This document shows, piece by piece, positions 35,060 through 42,593 of a DNA stretch of 64,000 nt (the stretch's first letter is position 1; the number at the start of each line of letters is the position of its first letter). The notes under the pieces were generated by a model. The model did no database searches, was not told the DNA's origin, and worked only from the letters and a program-made list of their open reading frames with translations. This DNA is from Nanobdellota archaeon (GTDB lineage Archaea; Nanobdellota; Nanobdellia; Pacearchaeales; GW2011-AR1). Made by a program: the position numbers and the translations under genes. Location of the stretch: positions 5,997 to 69,996 of the forward strand of contig JAKADZ010000001.1 in assembly GCA_021818475.1 (NCBI GenBank), read 5' to 3'.

Positions 35060-36469
35060 TTAACTATAACTTGTCATTCCGTGAGATTTTTTATAAGCAT
35101 CAAAAAGGTCAAAAACTTTTGCTTTTGCATTTTCTGCAGTAAGCGGGCGGAGATAATTAGATTCAACCCAGTTATCAGGAGCGACGACAATTTCTTTTGG
35201 CGCTTCTTTTTTTGGTTCTTCTTTTTTTTCAAACGCGCCAAACATTGCAGTGAAAGGTTCAAAAATCTCTTTAAGGCCCATTTTTTTCTCTTCCTTTGGT
35301 TTTTCCTCTTTTGGTTTCTCTTCTAAAAATGAATTAATATCTTCCTGCAGCGGACCCAGACTGTCAGTAGTCATTCCGTTTATCAGGCTGAGAACATCAT
35401 TAACCTCAGATTTTTTCATTTCCTCGTCGAATTTTTTCAGTTCATCATCATTAAGAGCATAAGCTTTGAATGTGATATCTACTCTTCCGCCGAATGCATA
35501 ATGTCCCTGCTGAACTCTCTGTGGAATTCCCCTGAATACAAAATCAACCAAAATACAAGTGTAATAACTTCTCTGTTTGTCCAAAAATTTCGGATTTGTA
35601 AGGTCCATGGACACATTTCCTTTGGATGCTTCATCAGCAATATCTAATTTATTCTTCCCCATAAGTGTAAGTTCTAAAATAACAGTATCAAACATTTTAA
35701 CGAGAGAAGGATTCATTCCCATTTCTTTTTGTTCCAATCCTTGTGCTGCAGTAAGATAAGGTTTTACCCATCTTGAATAAAGTTTAAGGCTGTTCACCTG
35801 GCTTCTTAAATAATTTTTTTCTATGTCATATCTTTTTCTAAGTTCTTTTTCCGACTCTCCTACCCAGATATTAAATTCGTGAATTCTTGGTTTCAAAATT
35901 CTTTTTACCTGATCATTCAATTCTATTTTGTCTATGTCTTTTTCATCTTTCGCAACTAAAAAAGCATCTATCAATGTCTGGAATCCTGCCTGCCCCAATG
36001 CCATTGCCTTTATGCTGGAATTTCCTTTTGCAATATCGACCTTATCCATCCAGATTTGTTTTAACGCCAAGAATGCCCCCTCCTGCTCATTCTTGTCTTT
36101 TGATTTAACCCCGTCATAAGTCGCTAATCTTGTTTTGAATTCTTTCAGATCATAAACAATATTCAATACACTTCTCAGGACAGTATTCACATCTCCGAGG
36201 ATTTTGCTTGCCTGCTGCTGCATTATGCTTGCTCTTTGTCCGAATTCGCTGAAATGTCCGCTGCCAGGACTCGAACTGAAATTATCTACTAGTTTTTGCG
36301 GAGCAAGTCCCATATCATTCATCAAATCTAGCATAAAAAAATAAACAGGCTCAAGAGTTTCTGTAGAAGAATCATAGACGATTGTATGCGAAGCTTCCGG
36401 CGCTTTTTTCTTTTGATAATAAGGGCTGACGCTTTCAATTATTTGTGAGATTGTTTTCACCTCTGCCAT
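35060..36469 (-). CDS. Hypothetical protein with a C-terminal EEKPKEEKPKEEK low-complexity tract
   Basis: 469-aa ORF with no motif I recognise. Confidence 0.6.
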   Translation of the reverse strand: MAEVKTISQIIESVSPYYQKKKAPEASHTIVYDSSTETLEPVYFFMLDLMNDMGLAPQKLVDNFSSSPGSGHFSEFGQRASIMQQQASKILGDVNTVLRSVLNIVYDLKEFKTRLATYDGVKSKDKNEQEGAFLALKQIWMDKVDIAKGNSSIKAMALGQAGFQTLIDAFLVAKDEKDIDKIELNDQVKRILKPRIHEFNIWVGESEKELRKRYDIEKNYLRSQVNSLKLYSRWVKPYLTAAQGLEQKEMGMNPSLVKMFDTVILELTLMGKNKLDIADEASKGNVSMDLTNPKFLDKQRSYYTCILVDFVFRGIPQRVQQGHYAFGGRVDITFKAYALNDDELKKFDEEMKKSEVNDVLSLINGMTTDSLGPLQEDINSFLEEKPKEEKPKEEKKMGLKEIFEPFTAMFGAFEKKEEPKKEAPKEIVVAPDNWVESNYLRPLTAENAKAKVFDLFDAYKKSHGMTSYS

Positions 36470-36544
36470 TTAAAGAAGAGATAAAAGATATTAAAAAATG
36501 TTTCTAAACGCATAATTTAAAAATAAAAACTTCTTCTCTAAGTG

Positions 36545-36901
36545 ATGGGGTTGTTTGGAAAAAGGGAAAAAGTGATTGACTGGAGTGAAGGTTATCGCCA
36601 GGCTTCATCAATGAAAAGGTCTTCTGCAAGAGAAGTCAAACCAAGGGAAGAAGATAATGATGCTATTGGATTTCTGGGAAATATTGCAAATTCGAGTTCT
36701 GAATTATCAACAAATTCAGATATATCCTGGGACAATGAAGCCCCTTCACAAACTGTAGGAGATTATCAGAACAAAAAACAGAAGCTTGCAAAAAGACTCC
36801 TGGAAATGACAGACAAAATTGAGGATTTGTCGAATCAGATTTATCATTTAAAACAGAGGATGGAAGTTATTGAAAAAAAACTGAAAATTAGTTTCAGCTG
36901 A
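36545..36901 (+). CDS. Hypothetical protein with a C-terminal coiled coil
   Basis: 118 aa from ATG 36545 (the track starts at the GTG 3 nt earlier); divergent from 35060..36469. Confidence 0.5.
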   Translation: MGLFGKREKVIDWSEGYRQASSMKRSSAREVKPREEDNDAIGFLGNIANSSSELSTNSDISWDNEAPSQTVGDYQNKKQKLAKRLLEMTDKIEDLSNQIYHLKQRMEVIEKKLKISFS

Positions 36902-36938
36902 TAATTAAATTTATTAATCCATTTCTCTTTTTTATTCT

Positions 36939-38138
36939 ATGAAAGACTTGGAAAAGAAAACCCGCGCCTATGCGTTGAAAAATGCTTTGGCTCACGAAGG
37001 AAAAGCGATGCAGGGACCGGTTATTTCTTCTTTGTTTATCGAAGGACTGAAAAAAGATGAAGTTGGAAAATATGCAAAAAAAATTTCTGAAATAATAAGG
37101 GAAATAAATTCACTTACTCCGGAACAGCAAAAAAAAGAATTTGAAAAACTTGAAGATGAAGTAAGCGAAAGAGAAACTCACGAAGGGCTGGATGAGCTTC
37201 CTGATTCTGAAAAAGGCGTTACAATGAGATTCCGCCCTGCGCCGTCGGGACCTTTGCATCTTGGACATATAATTTCAAACATGGCTTCATCACTTTATGT
37301 AAAAAAATACGGCGGAAAATTTTACGTAATTATCGACGATACAGACCCAAAAACAACTTTGGCAAGCGCGTACAAAGATATTCCCCGCGACTGCGACTGG
37401 ATTTTCGGAAATGTTTCAGAATACATAATATCCTCGGATAGAATGGCTCTTTATTACAAATATGTTGAGAAATTACTTGAAAAAAAATCTGCTTATATCT
37501 GCACATGCTCTTCAGATAAATTCAAGGAATATTCAGAAAAACAAAAAGATTGCCCATGCAGAAAATTAACTCTTAAGGAAAATTTAGAGAGATGGGAAAA
37601 AATGCTGGACAAAAAAGGGTACAAAGAGGGAGAGGCAGTTTTGAGATTTAAATCTTCAATGAAACATAAAAATCCTGCAATGAGAGATTTTCCTCTTGCA
37701 AGAATAAGCGAGACAAAACATCCGAGACAGGGAGACAAATACCGTGTCTGGCCGTTGATGAATTTAGCTGTTGCAGTTGATGACATGGAATTAAAAATGA
37801 GTCACGTTATCAGGGGAAAAGACCATCGTGATAATGCTGAAAGGCAGAGAATGATATTCGATGTCTTCAAAAAGAAATTTCCCTGGGTATTTTTCATCGG
37901 CAGATTCAAATTTACTGACCTGGTTATGTCAAAGAGAAAATTAACTGCTGCAATTCAGAGCGGAGAATTTGCAGGCGAAGAAGATGAGAGAATTCCGACA
38001 ATGGCTTCATTGCGAAAAAGAGGATACCGGCCAGTTGCGTTTTCTAAATTTATAGAGCAAAGAGGTTTAAGCGAAGTGGATAAGGTTATGGATTCAAAAG
38101 AATTTTTTAAGCTCCTCGATAATTTCAATAAAGAATGA
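36939..38138 (+). CDS. gltX: Glutamyl-tRNA synthetase catalytic core without the anticodon-binding domain
   Basis: 399 aa with an archaeal-type N-terminal YqeY-like extension (YALKNALAHEGKA), HIGH motif = HLGH (PSGPLHLGH), KMSKS = VMSKRK, and a CTC...CPC zinc motif. The ORF ends where the beta-barrel anticodon-binding domains normally begin. Confidence 0.75.
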   Translation: MKDLEKKTRAYALKNALAHEGKAMQGPVISSLFIEGLKKDEVGKYAKKISEIIREINSLTPEQQKKEFEKLEDEVSERETHEGLDELPDSEKGVTMRFRPAPSGPLHLGHIISNMASSLYVKKYGGKFYVIIDDTDPKTTLASAYKDIPRDCDWIFGNVSEYIISSDRMALYYKYVEKLLEKKSAYICTCSSDKFKEYSEKQKDCPCRKLTLKENLERWEKMLDKKGYKEGEAVLRFKSSMKHKNPAMRDFPLARISETKHPRQGDKYRVWPLMNLAVAVDDMELKMSHVIRGKDHRDNAERQRMIFDVFKKKFPWVFFIGRFKFTDLVMSKRKLTAAIQSGEFAGEEDERIPTMASLRKRGYRPVAFSKFIEQRGLSEVDKVMDSKEFFKLLDNFNKE

Positions 38139-38203
38139 AAATGTTTTTAAAGTTAACAGGCTCTATAAATTAAATAATGCTAATAACATTAAAAGGAGGT
38201 AAG

Positions 38204-38686
38204 ATGGAAAACAAAAAAGGTTTATCTGATATTGTTGTTACTTTGATAATTATAGTATTATCTTTAGTGGCAATTGGTGTTGTCTGGGTTGTTGTTAGCA
38301 ACATGCTAAAAAGCGGAACAGCAAGTGCAGACATCGGAGCAAAATGTATCGGTGTTCAGGTAAGCGCAATCAATGCTAATTGCAGTGATGCAACATCTAA
38401 TGTTTGTACAGTTTCATTATCAAGAACAGGAACTGATAATTCTCCAATTGGAGGAGTCAAACTTGTTTTCAGGAATGAAAGTGCAGGGGTTAGTTCAGGA
38501 GTTGTTGATGTTCCGGGAGACATTGCCCAGTTGGCAGGTTCAATAGTAACTGTTGATACAGGGGTTGCCAAAACAGCATTCCTGGGAAATTTCAGTAAAG
38601 TTGAAGTAACTGTTTATTTCAAGGATGCATCAGGAACTGCTCAGGTTTGTCAGCAGACAAGTCCGTTTACATTCGTCTCTTCTTAA
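38204..38686 (+). CDS. Archaeal type IV pilin-like protein (class III signal peptide)
   Basis: MENKKG|LSDIVVTLIIIVLSLVAIGVVWVVVS. The start was moved to ATG 38204, 5 nt downstream of AAAGGAGGT. Confidence 0.75.
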   Translation: MENKKGLSDIVVTLIIIVLSLVAIGVVWVVVSNMLKSGTASADIGAKCIGVQVSAINANCSDATSNVCTVSLSRTGTDNSPIGGVKLVFRNESAGVSSGVVDVPGDIAQLAGSIVTVDTGVAKTAFLGNFSKVEVTVYFKDASGTAQVCQQTSPFTFVSS

Positions 38687-38710
38687 TTTTTTATTTTTTA
38701 TTTCTTCTTT

Positions 38711-38953
38711 TTATTTAAAAAATTCTTCTATTCTTTTTTCCAAGTATTTTACATCTTCAAGAGATTCGGGATAACTTCCCATCATTGTTGTATCTCTCTG
38801 CCATTTTTCCATTTCTAATTCATCAGGTTCTTCCAGGATAATCTGCCCATCTTCAAAAAATTTACCTCTCTTATGAACAACTGAAATTCCGCGGGTAAAA
38901 TTTAACGGGATATCAATATATTTTCCTTCTCCAATACAGATATACCTTTTCAT
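38711..38953 (-). CDS. Hypothetical small protein
   Basis: 80-aa ORF. Confidence 0.45.
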   Translation of the reverse strand: MKRYICIGEGKYIDIPLNFTRGISVVHKRGKFFEDGQIILEEPDELEMEKWQRDTTMMGSYPESLEDVKYLEKRIEEFFK

Positions 38954-38985
38954 AGGATTGTTAAAATAATTTATCTTTAAATTTT

Positions 38986-40164
38986 TTATCCTTTTTTTAT
39001 AACATAAACCTCGTCGCCCTTCCTTACCAGTTCAGGAACTTTTATCCCGACTTCATCTCCTTTTTTTGCCTTCTCAACAGATTTTCCTTTAATCTCAAGA
39101 GAACCAATTTTTGAATTAACTATTCCGGTTGTATTTCCGATAATAGAAATATTTTCCCCTGTTTTTAATTCAGAGACTAATTTTACCGCAGCAACTTCAG
39201 CTTTGTCAAAATAATGAATAACCTTACCGACAAAATGTTTTCTCTCTACTGATGCATTGCTTTGTATTCTCGAGAAATCATCTGCTGTTGGCATTTTTAG
39301 ATAAAATCCTGATGAATATCCCTTATTGTAAATTTTGTTTAATTCTTCAAGTCCAGAATCAATTTCTTTTTCAGTTAATTTTTTATCTAAAGCTTTTTTG
39401 TAAATTCTCACGACGGTGTCAACATATCTCGCATCCCTGTTTCTTCCTTCTATTTTAAAAGAGGTTATTCCTGCTTTTTTCATTTTTTCAATAAACGGAA
39501 GAGTGCACAAATCTTTTGCTGAGAAAACCTGGCTGTTTTCAACTTTCAGTTCATTCCCCTCTTCATCTCTCACAAAATATTTTCTTCTGCATGGCTGAAG
39601 ACATTCTCCTCTGTTGGCTGATTTGCATGACAGGAATTGAGATGTGAAACATCTTCCGGAAATAGAAACGCACATTGCTCCGTGAATGAAACATTCAACT
39701 TTCACAACTTTTGATATTTCTTTAATCTGCTTTAGATTTAATTCTCTAGCTAAAACAATCTGCTTTGCCCCAAGACTTTTGTAGAATTTTGCAGATTCAG
39801 AATTTGAAACTGAAGCCTGAGTGGAAATTATAAACGGAATTTTATACTTCCTGCAAAAATTAACAACTGATAAATCCCAGCAGATTATTGCATCAATTTT
39901 CCCCTTTACTTTTTTTATTGTCTCTTCAACTTTTTTTAATTCTTTGTCATAAATAATTGTGTTAAGTGTCAGATATCTTTTCACCTTTTTTGGCTTGCAT
40001 ATTTTTTCTATTTCATCTAAATCTTTGATTGTGAAATTCTTAGCTGCCGCTCTCATTGAAAATTCTTTCAAGCCGAAATAAACCGCGTTAGCTCCTGCAT
40101 TAACTGCCGCAGATAACATTGAAAAATCTCCTGCCGGAGCTAAAAGTTCATACTTGTTTTTCAT
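38986..40164 (-). CDS. Peptidase U32 family protein
   Basis: 392 aa with ELLAPAGDFSMLSAAVNAGANAVYFG and the Cys-rich FIHGAMCVSISGRC...C motif typical of U32. Confidence 0.85.
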   Translation of the reverse strand: MKNKYELLAPAGDFSMLSAAVNAGANAVYFGLKEFSMRAAAKNFTIKDLDEIEKICKPKKVKRYLTLNTIIYDKELKKVEETIKKVKGKIDAIICWDLSVVNFCRKYKIPFIISTQASVSNSESAKFYKSLGAKQIVLARELNLKQIKEISKVVKVECFIHGAMCVSISGRCFTSQFLSCKSANRGECLQPCRRKYFVRDEEGNELKVENSQVFSAKDLCTLPFIEKMKKAGITSFKIEGRNRDARYVDTVVRIYKKALDKKLTEKEIDSGLEELNKIYNKGYSSGFYLKMPTADDFSRIQSNASVERKHFVGKVIHYFDKAEVAAVKLVSELKTGENISIIGNTTGIVNSKIGSLEIKGKSVEKAKKGDEVGIKVPELVRKGDEVYVIKKG

Positions 40165-40196
40165 ATTTTTAAGAAGAAAATATTGTTTATATAAAT

Positions 40197-40625
40197 TTAC
40201 TGAAGGGAATTTGGACTAGTCCCATATATGTTAACTTGTTTTGTTCCATTAACTTGATGAATTTTATCCATTAAATCCTGAGACCTATATTGTTTACCTA
40301 CTTTTAGTCCATACTTTTGAAGTTCTTTTCTATCCGCTCTTGCTAGATCTTCACTTAAACACAAAGTGTCACGATTTGTTGGAAGATGTGGACAACCTCC
40401 CGAACATATTGAATCAAGACCTTCCACAATTATAACAGGAACATCCAATTCAAAAGCAATTTTTGACAATTGTCTACCAACATATTCCGAAAATTGAGGT
40501 GTATGAACTAATCGATTAAATTCTAAAGTTTGTGAATCTATTTCTCCCTTTAACATCCCCAAAACAGCATTATAATGTCTATATAATTCTTTTATGTGAT
40601 GTCCTCTTAATTCTATTTGATTCAT
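40197..40625 (-). CDS. DUF1284-like Cys-rich protein
   Basis: 142 aa with LRGHHI near the N-terminus and DSICSGGCPH...C. Confidence 0.5.
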   Translation of the reverse strand: MNQIELRGHHIKELYRHYNAVLGMLKGEIDSQTLEFNRLVHTPQFSEYVGRQLSKIAFELDVPVIIVEGLDSICSGGCPHLPTNRDTLCLSEDLARADRKELQKYGLKVGKQYRSQDLMDKIHQVNGTKQVNIYGTSPNSLQ

Positions 40626-40881
40626 AAAAATAAAGTTATTTTTATCCTTTATAAATCCTTCTTTTGTTACTACTCAGAAGTGTTTATTAATAAGCAAAAA
40701 CCCAATTTCACGATTCGCAAAATTTCTATTAACAATTTATTAGATTAAATTTAAAAACTCTCTGAATTTGCTATTTTTATGACAACTAAACTTTGGGGTT
40801 GTCCCCACAGCGATTAAAGAAGATTTCTCTAGCTGTGCGAATATTTTTATACCATTTTTGATTCAGTTTATTAACTATAAT

Positions 40882-40953
40882 GGCGATTGTAGTTCAGTGG
40901 CAGAACGCGCGACTGTGGCTCGCGTAATGGGAGTTCGATTCTCCCCAATCGCC
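40882..40953 (+). tRNA. tRNA-His (anticodon GUG) with genome-encoded G-1
   Basis: G-1 precedes acceptor GCGATTG/CAATCGC, with C73 opposite G-1; anticodon stem CGCGA/TCGCG, loop CTGTGGC, T arm GGGAG-TTCGATT-CTCCC. Confidence 0.9.
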
Positions 40954-41009
40954 CTTAAAGAAAAAGCAGGGGAAGATTGCATTTGGACAAACAAAAAGGA
41001 GGAAAGAAA

Positions 41010-41426
41010 ATGAATATATTATTTATCTGTAAATACAACGCATTCCGTAGTAGGATTTCTGAAGAATATTTCAAAAAGATAAATAAAAATCCTAAAGTGG
41101 AAGCAATAAGTCGGGGATTTATTATGGATACAGATTCTGACTCAGAACAAAAAAAGCTATCAAAACAACTTCTTGGAATAGATATCTCTAAAAGAAAACC
41201 TTTGCCGATAACACTTAAGGATCTCATAAAATCTGATTTGATAATTGTTGCTGCAGATGACATTCCCAAGATAATGTTCAATTATCCTCTTGTGAATATT
41301 CAGAAAAAAGTTGTTATCTGGAAAATAAAAGATGAGCAAAGGCAAAACAAAGAAAATATTAAGCGCATTATCCTTAAGATTAAAAAGAAAGTTGACAAAC
41401 TCAATCAACAACTGGAGAAAAAATGA
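41010..41426 (+). CDS. Low-molecular-weight phosphotyrosine phosphatase / ArsC-like
   Basis: MNILFICKYNAFRS gives the CX5R(S) P-loop. The start was moved to ATG 41010, downstream of AAAGGAGG; the stop overlaps the hisS start (ATGA). Confidence 0.75.
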   Translation: MNILFICKYNAFRSRISEEYFKKINKNPKVEAISRGFIMDTDSDSEQKKLSKQLLGIDISKRKPLPITLKDLIKSDLIIVAADDIPKIMFNYPLVNIQKKVVIWKIKDEQRQNKENIKRIILKIKKKVDKLNQQLEKK

Positions 41427-42559
41427 ACACTGAATTAGTTAAAGGATTTCGAGATTACACCGGAGAAGATGCATGGAAAAGAGCAAAGATAAAAGAAATT
41501 ATGGAAAAGACTTTTCAGTCTTATGGGTTCGAGCCTGCAGAGACGCCGATAATTGAGAATGAAGAATTTGTTGTTGGGGAAAATCCTAACGACGAGGCAG
41601 TTTCTGATAGATATAAATTAGAAGACAAGGGAAAGAGAAAACTTGCTTTGAGATATGAGTTTACTTTTCAGCTGAAGAGAATTGCCAACAACAAGAAACT
41701 TCCATGGAAAAGATACGAGATTGGACCTGTTTTTCGTGATGAACCTGTAAGTGCAAATCGTGTAAGACAGCTGACTCAGTGTGATGTTGATGTTATCGGA
41801 AGCACATTAAGAGACGAAGCAGAAGTCCTGAAAACTTTTTCCGAAGCTCTGAAAAATCTTAATATAAAATTCAAAATTTATGTTAATAACAGAAAACTGC
41901 TCAATGAAATTCTGGATGAGCTGAAGATTGAAGACAAAAATAAAGAGCAGGTAATAAGAGAGATAGACAAACTTGACAAACTTTCAAAAGAGGAAATAAA
42001 ATCCAACCTGAAAAAATTAAAGGCAGAAAAAGCGCTTGACATTTTCACGAAGCCGGAGTCTTATTTTGAAAAATATTCTGCGTATAATGAAATTAAAGAA
42101 CTGAAAAAATTCTGCAGGGAATACAAAGTTGATTTTGAATTTGCTCCTTTCCTTGCGAGAGGTCTGGCATATTATAACGGAAGTGTCTTTGAAATTAAAA
42201 CTGATAAAATAAAAGAGACAATCTGTGGCGGAGGAAGTTATATGATTAAAGGAATTCAGGCAACAGGAATCTCAGCAAGCATTGAGCGGCTCGAACTTCT
42301 TGCTAAAATAGAAGATGGCTCTGAAAAATATCTCGTTGTTTCTCTTGACGAAGATAAAAAAGCAATTGAACTCGGCCAAAAACTTAGAGAATCAGGAAAA
42401 ATAGTTTCAACATTTTACGGCAAGCCGAGCAAGGCGCTTGATTATGCTAATTCATACAAATACGGAAAAGTTATCTTCGTTGGAGCTGACGAAGTTAAAT
42501 CGGGAAAATTCAAAGTGAAGGATATGATTTCTGGCCGAGAGACGAGTTTAAAGGTTTAG
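41423..42559 (+). CDS. hisS: Histidyl-tRNA synthetase (short form)
   Basis: 378 aa with class II motifs (VKGFRDY, FRDEP...R.LTQCDVDVIG) and a C-terminal anticodon-binding fold (KYLVVSLDED...VIFVGADE); the stop is TAG. Confidence 0.8.
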   Translation: MNTELVKGFRDYTGEDAWKRAKIKEIMEKTFQSYGFEPAETPIIENEEFVVGENPNDEAVSDRYKLEDKGKRKLALRYEFTFQLKRIANNKKLPWKRYEIGPVFRDEPVSANRVRQLTQCDVDVIGSTLRDEAEVLKTFSEALKNLNIKFKIYVNNRKLLNEILDELKIEDKNKEQVIREIDKLDKLSKEEIKSNLKKLKAEKALDIFTKPESYFEKYSAYNEIKELKKFCREYKVDFEFAPFLARGLAYYNGSVFEIKTDKIKETICGGGSYMIKGIQATGISASIERLELLAKIEDGSEKYLVVSLDEDKKAIELGQKLRESGKIVSTFYGKPSKALDYANSYKYGKVIFVGADEVKSGKFKVKDMISGRETSLKV

Positions 42560-42563
42560 ATAA

Positions 42564-42573
42564 TTTTTTATAC
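42564..42573 (+). promoter_or_regulatory. TATA-like box TTTTTTATAC upstream of hsdR
   Basis: Centred about 25 nt upstream of ATG 42594. Confidence 0.4.
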
Positions 42574-42593
42574 TTCTAGAAAGTAACATCATC

